Assembly (NCBI GenBank): GCA_963665235.2
Contig: CAXXLX010000001.1
Coordinates: 512,001 to 576,000 of the forward strand
DNA from: Candidatus Poribacteria bacterium
GTDB taxonomy: Bacteria > Poribacteria > WGA-4E > WGA-3G
Direction of reading: 5' to 3'
DNA: 64,000 bases
Part shown: positions 41,501-49,911 of the stretch, piece after piece
Layout of the letters: each line of letters starts with the position of its first letter
Position numbering within the stretch: the first letter of the stretch is position 1
Notes under the pieces: model-generated
Database searches by the model: none
What the model was told of the DNA's origin: nothing
What the model saw: only the letters and a program-made list of their open reading frames with translations
Position numbers and translations under genes: made by a program

Positions 41501-44500
41501 TGCGCGTCGTCGTCACCGTGATGTCGCTTGCTACAAACCCTGTGACGCTCTTAGAAATGGTAATCGGCACGTCAAACGTATTTGCTACCTGCGTTCCTTC
41601 CGGTTCGGTGAAGCTGACCGTTGCGACTGTTGTATCAAAGCTAATCGCATCGGAGGTGGCTTTACTAGCAGGACCGGTGCGTGTGCCATCCGTGACAGCA
41701 TTTTTCGCAACTTCCAACGTGATAGTCCCTTTCGCTGCCGTGGGTGATGTCACTGTGGCGGTATAGGAAGTACCTGAACCGCTCAACGTTACCGTGGCAT
41801 CGCCTGAGCCACTCGTGCGCGTCGTCGTCACCGTAATATCGCTCGCTGCAAACCCTGTGACGCTCTTGGAGATAGTGATCGGCACGTCAAACGTATCTGC
41901 TACCTGCGTTCCTTCCGGTTCTGTGAAATCTACCGTTGCGACTGTTGTATCAAAGCTAATCGCATCGGAGGTGGCTTTGCTTGCAGGCCCCGAGCGTGTG
42001 CCATCCGAGACTGAGTGCGCGGAGATTTCCAGCCTTACCGTACCTTTCGCTGCTGAGGGTAAAGAAATCGTAGCGGTCCAAGAGGTACCTGAACCGCTCA
42101 ACGTTACTGTGGCATTACCCGTGCCGCTTGTGCGCGTCGTTGCCACGGTGAGGTCGGGGCCAGCCTCCTTGGGATCCGGTACCGTTGAAAACCCAGTAAC
42201 GCTCTTATTGAAGGTAATCGGGAGGTCAAACGTTGCTGCTACTTGTGTACCTTCGGGTTCTGTGAAACTCACCGTCGGTACTCTGGTATCAAAAGAGATT
42301 GTCCCGGTTTCTGTCGCACTGGACGGTCCCTCATGTTCTCCTGTATCTTCCACAGCATCCGCCTGCATGGAGAGGTTAACGGTGCCTGCAGCATTTGCTG
42401 GAAGTGTGATTTTCGCTGTGAAGTTGGTGCCAGAGCTGCCGACGATTCCCCCGACACCTGGTATACGGAATGTCGCATCACCTGTACCACTGGTGCGCGT
42501 CGTCGTCAACGTCAAATCGTTTAATTCAAAATCCAAAATGAACTTGGAGAATTTAATCGGCACATCAAAATTGGTTACCTGCACACCTTGTGGCACCGTG
42601 TAGGTGGCTGACGGCGTTGTGTTGTCAAAACTGATAGACTCGGATGTCGTTGCACTGACAGGACCGCTGCGATTTTGGCTATCAGCTACTGCGTCTTTGG
42701 CGACTTGTAGTGTGATGGTGCCTTTCGTTTCCGTGGATGGCGTAACATTAACAGAGTAACCAGCACCTGAACCTAAAAGCGTAAACGTTGCATTGCCGGT
42801 GCCACTGGTAAGCGTCGTCGTTATCGTAATATCGCTGGCGGCAAACCCTGTGACAGACTTACCGAAGGCAATCGGCACACTAAACGTATCTTCGTATTGT
42901 ATGCCTACGGGTTCTCCGAAAGTCACCGATGGCGGTGCCGTATCAAAGCTGATAGCATCGGAGGTCGTTTTACTGGCAGGACCGGTGCGCGTGCCATCCG
43001 TAACCGAGTCTGCTGCAACCGCCAGTGTAACGGTGCCTTTCGCATTTGTCGGCACGGTGATTGCGGCTGTATAGTCTTTGCCGGAGCCGCTGAGGGTGAA
43101 CGTTGCATCCCCCGTGCCACTCGTGCGCGTTGTCGTGATCGTGATGTCAGCCGCTGCAAATCCTGTAACGCTCTTAGAGAACGTGATAGGCAGGTCAAAG
43201 TTAGTAGCTTGTCCCACCGTGGGTTCCGTGAAATCTACCGTTGCCACCGTCGTATCAAAACTAATCGCAGAAGAGGTGGCTTTGCTGGCAGGACCCGTGC
43301 GTGTACCATCTGTTACAGAGTCTGCTGCAACAGCCAACGTGATGGTACCCTTTGCTGCTGTCGGTGAGGTCACCGTGGCGGTATAAGATGAACCAGAACC
43401 GCTCAACGCCACCGTGGCATCCCCTGTGCCGCTTGTGCGCGTCGTCGTCACCGTGATGTCACTCGCTGTAAATTCTGCGACAGACTTAGAGATCGTGATA
43501 GGCACGGTAAAGGTGTTCCCGTACTGTGATCCTTCGGGTTCCGTGAAACTCACCGTTGGCGGTGTGGTATCAAAACTAATCGCATCGGAGTCAGTTTTCT
43601 GTGAAGGACCTGTGCGCGTACCATCGGTGACAGCACCTTTGGCAACTGCCAGTGTAACGGTGCCTTTCGCATTTGTCGGCACGGTGATTGTGGCTGTGTA
43701 GACTTTGCCAGAACCGCTGAGCGTGAACGTGGCATCGCCGGAGCCACTCGTGCGCGTGGTATTGATCGTAATATCGTCCGATGTAAACCCGGTAACGCTC
43801 TTAGAGAACGTAATCTCAACGCTGAAGTTCTTGGCTTGGACATCCGTGGGTTCCGTGAAATCCACTGTCGGCGGTGTCGTGTCAAAACTAATCGCATCGG
43901 AGTCAGTTTTCTGTGAAGGACCTGTGCGCGTACCATCTGTTACCGAACCCCCGGCGACTTCCAGCCTGATAGTGCCTTTCGCGTTTGTCGGCACGGTGAT
44001 TGTGGCTTTGTAGTCCTTGCCGGAGCCGCTGAGCGTGAACGTTGCATCCCCTGTACCACTCGTGCGCGTGGTGTTGAGGTTGATGTCAGCCGCTGCAAAT
44101 CCTGTAACGCTCTTAGAGAACGTGATAGGCAGGTCAAAGGTCGTTACCTGTGTGCTCGTGGGTTCCGTGAAATCTACTTTCGGCACCGTGGTATCAAAAC
44201 TCATCGCATCGGATGTCGCTTTGCTTGCAGGCCCCGTGCGCGTCCCATCCGTTACCGAGTCTGCGGCAACTTCCAAGGTGATAGTGCCTTTGGCTGCAGT
44301 CGGTGATGTCACCGTTGCGGTCCAAGAGGTACCTGAACCATTCAATGTGAACGTAGCATTGCCTGTGCCGCTTGTGCGCGTTGTTTTTATCGTAATATCG
44401 GCCGCTGCAAATCCTGTGACGCTCTTACTGAAAGTAATCGGCACGTCAAACGTATTTGTCACTTGTGTGCCTGTGGGCTCCGTGAAATCTACCGTTGCGA

Positions 44501-45137
44501 CTGTTGTATCAAAACTAATCGCATCGGATGTCGCTTTACTGGCAGGCCCGGTGACGCTGTTGCTATCGGTGACAGCATTTGCGGCAACTTCCAATGTAAT
44601 CGTGCCTTTTGCTGCCGTGGGTGATGTCACCGTGGCAGTCCAGGAAGTGCCTGAACCGCTCAAAGCCACCGTTGCATCCCCTGTACCGCTTGTGCGCGTC
44701 GTCGTCACCGTGATGTCGCTCGATGCAAACCCTGTAACACTCTTATTGAAGGTAATCGGCACGTCAAAGGTGGTTCCGGACTGTGAGCTTTCGGGTTCTG
44801 TGAAACCCACCGTTATCGGCACGGTATCAAAACTAATACTATTAGAGGTTTCATCCGAGGAGGGCCCGTTAAGATTTTGCTTAAAACCTACCATATTGGC
44901 TTTTATGGTAAGGGTTACACTGCCTGCCGCGTTACTCGGCGGTGTGACCGTGGCGGTGTAGCTACTGCCCGAGCCGCTCAAAGCCACCGTTGCATCCCCC
45001 GTGCCACTTGTGCGGGTTGTTGCCACGTCAATGTCATCCGTCGCGTCAAAGTTGGTGACAGTGTGACTGAAATCAATTGGCACGGTGAACGTACTGCCTG
45101 TCTGTGTGCCTTCGGGTTCTGTGAAATCCACCATCAA
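35529..45137 (-). CDS. Giant Ig-like-repeat surface protein with two lamin-tail-like domains and C-terminal sorting-like motif
   Basis: >20 ~100-aa Thr/Ser-rich repeats (VDFTEP..FDVPITFSKSVTGF..ISFDT); VIFNEI..DWIELKN and ISELMF..QWIEFYN (LTD); LPVSLS..ESELDNAGFNIYRS; ends SGKQFRTWASVK. Confidence 0.88.
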   Translation of the reverse strand: MMVDFTEPEGTQTGSTFTVPIDFSHTVTNFDATDDIDVATTRTSGTGDATVALSGSGSSYTATVTPPSNAAGSVTLTIKANMVGFKQNLNGPSSDETSNSISFDTVPITVGFTEPESSQSGTTFDVPITFNKSVTGFASSDITVTTTRTSGTGDATVALSGSGTSWTATVTSPTAAKGTITLEVAANAVTDSNSVTGPASKATSDAISFDTTVATVDFTEPTGTQVTNTFDVPITFSKSVTGFAAADITIKTTRTSGTGNATFTLNGSGTSWTATVTSPTAAKGTITLEVAADSVTDGTRTGPASKATSDAMSFDTTVPKVDFTEPTSTQVTTFDLPITFSKSVTGFAAADINLNTTRTSGTGDATFTLSGSGKDYKATITVPTNAKGTIRLEVAGGSVTDGTRTGPSQKTDSDAISFDTTPPTVDFTEPTDVQAKNFSVEITFSKSVTGFTSDDITINTTRTSGSGDATFTLSGSGKVYTATITVPTNAKGTVTLAVAKGAVTDGTRTGPSQKTDSDAISFDTTPPTVSFTEPEGSQYGNTFTVPITISKSVAEFTASDITVTTTRTSGTGDATVALSGSGSSYTATVTSPTAAKGTITLAVAADSVTDGTRTGPASKATSSAISFDTTVATVDFTEPTVGQATNFDLPITFSKSVTGFAAADITITTTRTSGTGDATFTLSGSGKDYTAAITVPTNAKGTVTLAVAADSVTDGTRTGPASKTTSDAISFDTAPPSVTFGEPVGIQYEDTFSVPIAFGKSVTGFAASDITITTTLTSGTGNATFTLLGSGAGYSVNVTPSTETKGTITLQVAKDAVADSQNRSGPVSATTSESISFDNTTPSATYTVPQGVQVTNFDVPIKFSKFILDFELNDLTLTTTRTSGTGDATFRIPGVGGIVGSSGTNFTAKITLPANAAGTVNLSMQADAVEDTGEHEGPSSATETGTISFDTRVPTVSFTEPEGTQVAATFDLPITFNKSVTGFSTVPDPKEAGPDLTVATTRTSGTGNATVTLSGSGTSWTATISLPSAAKGTVRLEISAHSVSDGTRSGPASKATSDAISFDTTVATVDFTEPEGTQVADTFDVPITISKSVTGFAASDITVTTTRTSGSGDATVTLSGSGTSYTATVTSPTAAKGTITLEVAKNAVTDGTRTGPASKATSDAISFDTTVATVSFTEPEGTQVANTFDVPITISKSVTGFVASDITVTTTRTSGSGDATVTLSGSGTSYTATVTSPTAAKGTITLEVAKNAVTDGTRTGPASKATSDAISFDTTVATVDFTEPAGTQYGATFDVPITISKSVTGFVASDITVTTTRTSGSGDATVTLSGSGTSYTATVTSPTTAKGTITLEVAKDAVTDGTRTGPASKVTSDAISFDTTVATVTFTEPAGTQVANTFDVPITFNKSVTGFAASDITVTSSTGTASVSLSGSGKDYTATVTSPTAAKGTITLAVAKDAVTDGTRTGPASKATSDAISFDTTVATVDFTEPAGIQVANTFDVPITISKSVTGFAASDITVTSSTGTASVSLSGSGKDYTATVTSPTAAKGTITLEVAKNAVTDGTRTGPASKATSDAISFDTTVATVDFTEPVGTQYRDTFNVGITISKSVTGFAASDITVTSSSGNASVSLSGSGTSYTATVTSPTATKGTITLEVAADSVTDGTRTGPASKATSDAISFDTTVATVSFDEPVGTQLGSGFAVPITFSKNITGFDASDITVTSSTGTASVTLVISGLSLDYSASVISPTNAKGIIILYVAANAVTDGTRTAPANIAVSNPIPFDTTQGTVNFSEPKGVQIAKTFDVGITFSKDVQGFEAGDITIATTHTSGSGNATFTLSGSGKSYTATVTSPTTAEGTVTLAVGKHAAYDRANEVPATTETSQPIAYDTTVATVSFTEPPGTQVADTFDVPITFSKSVTGFEASDITVNTTHTNGSGDATVTLSGSGTSYTATVTSPTEAKGAVTLEISGDSVTDGARSAPESNVSSAAITFDTTTPTVSFTVPPNVQTGPFDVDITFSRSVTGFEVGDMTLTTTRTSGTGDATFTLTGSGTDYTATLTPPADAIGRVVFTVKADAASDGVRNGPAENASVSVSFDTQVSKPPLNTDPINTPPVLSDPINTPPVNTTPATLVFSEPSGTQRANTFNVGITFSKSVTGFAASDITVASTSGTASVSLSGSGTSWTATITSPTDAAGSATLSIAANAANDGTHDVPTTAQMSASIAFDTTLPTVSFTVPQGVQASAFDVGITFSKSVTGFEVGDMTLTTTRTSGTGDATFTLTGSGTDYTATLTPPANAAGDIALTVKADAATDGVRNGPVADTSVSVNFDTSVNTPPANTNPVNTPPANTNPVNTPPANTNPVNTPPANTNPVNTPPANTNPVNTPPANTNPVNTPPVNTNPVNTPPVNTNPTTLVFSEPSGTQLNNTFDVGITFSKPVTEFETDDITLITTRADTSGGTVSSVLTGEGANYTTTITVPANAKGTLQVQVRADAANDGVYDVPTAVRTSESIAFDTTVPTVRFTVPQDVQTGPFDVDITFSKPVNGFELGDMTLTTTRMYGIDDATFTLTGSGTDYTVTITPPVDTAGEIVLTVKVNAGTDGVRNGPAADVSITIDFETESQLVDTGSTEEYGSDFGKVIFNEIYNGTEDKNDWIELKNVGQRSVNLGDWEIGIVTGNGKTLEEKKIITLPSYELLPNHILLILNSATEKTAIAAGIDIYTGRWDEAVLESWNVSRYITTKALKLPLPVEEKYLLTLREKKDRIGTSEAIVDVASTYWPNNLDHETLMWPLYIQKPTGIRPVFALDAAWRRTDKKIPGTTATKKLPGYLAAAWTASGYQEGRGYDKDAPKTTSLGTPGHLNDYPKGKNLPSGPVSISELMFATRDFGRAAPQWIEFYNTSNKTVDLRGWQFNLEVKPEPNTLRNTTWGFTFEGVHVGPKQTLLIVTQKSSNSGHFPEHKVYDLSVQHTDMPGISELFNVNRYLLLSSAGFSLMLSDANGKMVDKIGNLDGDAKTMDKPAWQLPAGKTLEGYRNSLIRKYENGAPLPGTELSSWKIAKDLKLSFRTYWGHSTDIGNPGYRQGGYLPVSLSHFDALFTGTEVVLKWTTESELDNAGFNIYRSESRTGAFKQINAELIQGAGTTGERQQYEWKDTTAKPNVSYYYRIEDVSFSGVREQLQTVRMRGHVSASGKQFRTWASVKSNR
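37903..38141. repeat. 30-bp coding tandem repeat x8 (NTNPVNTPPA linker)
   Basis: GGCGTGTTAACCGGGTTCGTATTCGCAGGT repeated. Confidence 0.95.
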
Positions 45138-45615
45138 CAGATTTGTCGTATCAAAACTAATACTCTTAGAGGTTTCAGCCGAGGAAGGCCCATATATCCA
45201 GTCTAGTGAACTATGAAATGCAGTAATTGAATTCGCTTTTATGGTAAGGGTGACACTTCCTATTGCGTTACCCGGCGGTCTAATCGTAATGTCGTACTAA
45301 TTTTCGAGCTCCCTATCACTGCCACCACTGTGGCATCTCCCGAACCTTGTGTGTTGGTTGTTGCCACTGTGACATCTTCCACGGTAAATTCACCGTTACC
45401 ACCGGGACCGGCAGAGGCAGCGTGACTTAACGTGACTTCCACCTTGAACGTTTTGCTTGTCTGTGTGCCTGCGGGTTCGGTGAAAGTCACACTATCGATT
45501 GTGCATGTGCGTCTTGTGGTGTTGTCAGCATCATGCCTGCGGTCAGGAATAGGAGTATCAGTGCTCCGGTGAGTAGGTTTCGGGTTAGTGTGTTAGTGTT
45601 TCTTCTAATATTTAT
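45138..45615 (-). pseudogene. Frameshifted 5' part of the giant protein (signal peptide plus first Ig repeat)
   Basis: LTRNLLTGALILLFLTAGMMLTTPQDAHA and VTFTEPAGTQ...SGDATV occur in different frames from the main ORF. Confidence 0.7.
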
Positions 45616-45841
45616 CCTTTCAACAGAATTATGTGAACTAAAAGCTTGTAGTAACATTATAAGGCTCCTTTTTGTTCCGCAAATTCAAATTTCGTGTCAG
45701 TTGTCAGCAGGTAGACCGATTCACCCGCTTGAACGGTTCCTCGAAGTGTCTAAATTTGGTTCATTAGGTAAGTAAGTGAGCTTACCAATTTTTCTAGCAC
45801 TATCGAGACCGCGAAAAAATTCTTTATCTGCTTCCCTATTG

Positions 45842-45857
45842 TGCAAGTGCTGTGCCA
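45842..45857 (-). promoter_or_regulatory. sigma54 (RpoN) -24/-12 promoter
   Basis: Minus strand reads TGGCAC-AGCAC-TTGCA, about 230 nt upstream of the signal-peptide coding region. Confidence 0.75.
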
Positions 45858-45983
45858 AATAGCTAAAATTGGTCTTTTTCATGTTATCGATATGTTGTGC
45901 GGAGCCTTGTGTAGCCTATGTTTGTCGGGGGGTGAAAAATTTTTTCGGTGTGCGGATGGTGTTATAGGTATCTTTATGAGGAT

Positions 45984-46101
45984 GTTGTAAAATGCCACAG
46001 AATTTTAGGGAAAATTGGCTTTGGTGCCTTGATACGACAGGGTTTATCGGGGTTCGTTGCAAAATACGATAGGCGTTGTAAAATGCCACAGAATTTTAGG
46101 G
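45984..46101. promoter_or_regulatory. Two 27-bp direct repeats containing TGT-N8-ACA (candidate enhancer sites)
   Basis: GTTGTAAAATGCCACAGAATTTTAGGG at 45984 and 46075. Confidence 0.55.
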
Positions 46102-46143
46102 TTTAGTGGAGTGAGATGGAGGGTGTCTGATCGAAAATAAATA

Positions 46144-47053
46144 GGGACGATATATTTATAGAAGAAGACGCACACGCCCCAAATCTTAGTCCCATCGGGA
46201 CGATATCTTTATAGAAGAAGGCGTTTCCGGACTAAATCTTAGTCCCATCGGGACGATATATTTATAGAAGCGGTTTCCGCGCGGTCTCTTAGTCCCAGTA
46301 TTCGGGCAAGCAGCCCGCTCCTCAAGGACGATATATTTATAGAAGAAGACGCACACGCCCCAAATCTTAGTCCCATCGGGACGATATCTTTATAGAAGAA
46401 GACGCACACGCCCCAAATCTTAGTCCCATCGGGACGATATCTTTATAGAAGAAGGTGTTTCCGGACTAAATCTTAGTCCCATCGGGACGATATATTTATA
46501 GAAGAAGACGCACACGCCCCAAATCTTAGTCCCATCGGGACGATATATTTATAGAAGAAGGCGTTTCCGGACTAAATCTTAGTCCCATCGGGACGATATA
46601 TTTATAGAAGAAGGCGTTTCCGGACTAAATCTTAGTCCCATCGGGACGATATATTTATAGAAGAAGGCGTTTCCGGACTAAATCTTAGTCCCATCGGGAC
46701 GATATATTTATAGAAGAAGGCGTTTCCGGACTAAATCTTAGTCCCATCGGGACGATATATTTATAGAAGAAGGCGTTTCCGGACTAAATCTTAGTCCCAT
46801 CGGGACGATATATTTATAGAAGAAGGCGTTTCCGGACTAAATCTTAGTCCCATCGGGACGATATATTTATAGAAGCGGTTTCCGCGCGGTCTCTTAGTCC
46901 CAGTATTCGGGCAAGCAGCCCGCTCCTCAAGGACGATATATTTATAGAAGAAGGCGTTTCCGGACTAAATCTTAGTCCCATCGGGACGATATATTTATAG
47001 AAGAAGGCGTTTCCGGACTAAATCTTAGTCCCATCGGGACGATATATTTATAG
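46144..47053. repeat. Tandem array of mostly 53-bp REP-like units (16 full + 1 partial)
   Basis: Constant TCTTAGTCCCATCGGGACGATATATTTATAGAAG with three recurring linker types. Confidence 0.92.
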
Positions 47054-47092
47054 GGGTTAGTGCAAACCGACATTTATTATCAAACTCACGTT
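47053..47092 (+). mobile_element. Solo right end of the AACGYGAG MITE family
   Basis: GCAAACCGACATTTATTATCAAACTCACGTT resembles 35293-35323. Confidence 0.65.
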
Positions 47093-47558
47093 GCACGGGG
47101 AGGAGGCCGGGGCGGAGGCGGAAAGAAGCGGGGTTTGGCTAAAATCTATAACCATATCGCCCCGCTGGGGCTATTTTGTGTTTTGTTTGGGTTTTCTATA
47201 AAGATACCGCCCCGCTGGGGCTAAGAGCCGACTGTTCCCCTCAAGTTACGTTAGGAGGTCGCGTGCGAAGCAGGTTTCTACATAAGCTCAATGTCGGGAT
47301 TCCAGACAGGTCGAGGGGTGCCAGTCGCGTGCGAAGCAGGCTTCTACATAAGACATCGGACTGTTTGTAAAAAAACTTTACACACCCATTTACTTTTGAT
47401 GCCTTGACATTTTATAGGTGGAATAAGGACTTTCATTTTGAACGTGTCTTCCTTCGTGATGCCCGCGGGACGATGAGGCTGGTATCTCCACCTCTGTAAG
47501 TTACGAAATCATGCAGATTTGTAATCTTTTTTGTTGAAATTGACGACTTCTTTATTGC

Positions 47559-49475
47559 TTACGGCTGCCTTTTCTGCAAACGAATGTCGCCCGAAGAGGT
47601 AAGCAATTTCAGCAAAGTCCCACCCCCATTAATCTTGCCCTTTAAACTATTTTTGGATTGGGTGCCCTGGACAACGAAGTCGCTTGAAATGCTCCCCCTA
47701 TTCGTTTGCGCATCTACATCAATGCCAATCCGGCCTCTGAGTATAGCAATTATCTCACCACTGCCTGATGTCGCCAGATGCCATTGACGATTAGGGCGCC
47801 TTGTTATTTCAGCATGTATATCACCTATGGCGGTGCTCACGTTCACACCTCCCTGACAGCTATTCAGTGTGATATTTCCACTGCTGCCCGTTTTTGCTGA
47901 GACATCGCCTCTGACATCGCTAAACTGTAGGTTACCAATAGAGGCTGCTGCTTCTACTGCGCCCCCAACTCTCGTAACCTTAATATTGCCGCTACTGCCC
48001 GTTTTAACTTTCGCGGTCCCAGTGATATTGGTCAATTCAATATCCCCAATAGATGCTTTCACGGTGACGTTATCTCGGCAATTTTTTAGGGTGACGCGCC
48101 CGCTACTGGAGGCTTCTGCTGTTACGCTACCCCCAACGTCCGTGATTTCAATATCGCCGCCGCGCGCGTTTACAGTGCCAGTAATATTCGTCAACTCAAC
48201 ATCGCCAATAGAGGCTTCCACGTCGACGTTGTTTTTACAAGTGTTCAACAAGATGCGTCCGCTACTGCCTGTCTTTGCCTTTACGGTTCCAGTAATATTG
48301 GTCAATTCAATATCGCCGATGGAGGCTTCCACGTCAATGTTATCTCGGCAATCTTTTAGCGTGATTTTACCACTACTAGATGCCCGCGCTGTTAGGATTC
48401 CCCCGACATTGCTAATCTGAATATCGCCGCCGCGCGCGTTCACAGTTCCAGTAATATTGGTCAATTCAACATCGCCGATGGAGGCTTGCACATCAACATC
48501 ACTTTCACACTTTTTTAGCAAGATGCGTCCGCTACTGCCTGTTTTTGCCTTTACTTTTCCTACAACATTGCCCAGGTCAATATCGCCGATGGAGGCTTCC
48601 ACATCTACACCTCCTTGACAGGCTTTAAGGGTGATGTTACCACTGCTAAAGGCTTTTGCTATTACCTCACCATCAACGGTGCCAATTTGAATATTACCTC
48701 CATTTACTCTCACGTTCCCTGTAACATCGCCGAGCGTGACATCGCCGATAGAGGTTTTTACGTCGACGTTTCCTTGACATGCTTTGAGGGTGATGCGTCC
48801 ACTGCTGCCTGTTTTTGCTTTTACCTCTCCTACGACATCGCCGAGGTCAATATTGCCGATAGAGGTTTCCACATCCACAGCTCCTTGAGCCGTTTTGACG
48901 GTAACGTTACCACTGCTGGTGGTTCTCCCCCAAACGGGGCCTTTAATTTCTCCGAGCTGTAGGTTACCTACAGAGGTCTGTGCTTGCACGCCTCCTATAA
49001 GGTCTACTACGGAAATGCCCCCGTGGGACGTGTTTAGATTGACACTGTACCGGTTAGGTATTGTTACGTTGAAACGAATCTCCAGTAGCGGCAGTACCAG
49101 CAACTTTTTCTGCCAATATTCTTTTCCAGCTTTGAACTTCGCATCAATCATAACATCGGAATCTTCTTGCGTAAATGCAACTTCAAAATCAGCGAGTGCT
49201 TCCTGCAGCAATTTAGTAAGTTCCTGCTTTGTTAATCCGGGTATAGCGATATTAGTGTTTTCTCTTACCGATTTCGTGTAGGTAATTCCAATCTGATTCC
49301 GGGGGTTGATTTTGATATCAATCGCGCCGAGATGTGAGGTAAGGGTTAATTGACCGCCGGGTTTAGTATCAAAATTTTTCTGGGTAGCCTGTGGAATCGT
49401 CTGTGTATCTGCTGCGCTAATTGTGCAGAACAGAAGGGACACTAAGATTGTGATGCTCAACAATCCTTTTCTCAT
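47559..49475 (-). CDS. Secreted DUF4097-type beta-strand repeat (adhesin-like) protein
   Basis: Signal peptide; many V-x-A-S-I-G-D-I / AKTGSSG repeats; ends GKINGGGTLLKLLTSSGDIRL. Confidence 0.85.
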   Translation of the reverse strand: MRKGLLSITILVSLLFCTISAADTQTIPQATQKNFDTKPGGQLTLTSHLGAIDIKINPRNQIGITYTKSVRENTNIAIPGLTKQELTKLLQEALADFEVAFTQEDSDVMIDAKFKAGKEYWQKKLLVLPLLEIRFNVTIPNRYSVNLNTSHGGISVVDLIGGVQAQTSVGNLQLGEIKGPVWGRTTSSGNVTVKTAQGAVDVETSIGNIDLGDVVGEVKAKTGSSGRITLKACQGNVDVKTSIGDVTLGDVTGNVRVNGGNIQIGTVDGEVIAKAFSSGNITLKACQGGVDVEASIGDIDLGNVVGKVKAKTGSSGRILLKKCESDVDVQASIGDVELTNITGTVNARGGDIQISNVGGILTARASSSGKITLKDCRDNIDVEASIGDIELTNITGTVKAKTGSSGRILLNTCKNNVDVEASIGDVELTNITGTVNARGGDIEITDVGGSVTAEASSSGRVTLKNCRDNVTVKASIGDIELTNITGTAKVKTGSSGNIKVTRVGGAVEAAASIGNLQFSDVRGDVSAKTGSSGNITLNSCQGGVNVSTAIGDIHAEITRRPNRQWHLATSGSGEIIAILRGRIGIDVDAQTNRGSISSDFVVQGTQSKNSLKGKINGGGTLLKLLTSSGDIRLQKRQP

Positions 49476-49540
49476 GAAAATTTCTCCTTATTGGCTATTG
49501 GCAAGAGATATATTGGGTATGTGCGTTGTGTGCTTCTATA

Positions 49541-49694
49541 AACGTGAGCTTGATAATAAATATCCGTTTTCTCTAAACCTTTTTCATCGCGAAAAAAGCG
49601 GAATAATTGTAGCATAAACTTCCTAGTTTGTGCAGTTTTTTGCTAAAACTAACACAGAACGCTCTAGGTCAAAACTTTTTTTCAAACTCGCGTT
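49541..49694 (-). mobile_element. MITE, 154 bp, same family as 35171-35323, 5-bp TSD CTATA
   Basis: AACGTGAGCTTGA...TCAAACTCGCGTT flanked by CTATA twice. Confidence 0.88.
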
Positions 49695-49782
49695 CTATAA
49701 ACATATCGTTAATATCGCGTGCGAAGCACGCTCCTGAGGAGCGACTTATCGCCCGAATACTAGAAAAGAACGGTTGAAAATA

Positions 49783-49911
49783 TGGAGGCGCAATATCGCG
49801 AGCACAGCTCGCTCCTACAGAAGAACATATACACATCAATCATCTTTTTTTCTGGAGGCGCAATATCGCGAGCACAGCTCGCTCCTACAGAAGAACATAT
49901 ACACATCAATC
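49783..49911. repeat. Two REP-like units at 70-bp spacing (ATCGCGAGCACAGCTCGCTCCTAC family)
   Basis: Direct duplication; related palindromes at ~20393, ~25610, ~31664. Confidence 0.75.

Noticed and set aside
37000-45200. Many plus-strand Val/Pro-rich ORFs
   Set aside because: Antisense shadows of the repeat protein.
46144-47053. CRISPR array
   Set aside because: Linkers are short and re-used, related units occur dispersed, and there are no cas genes.
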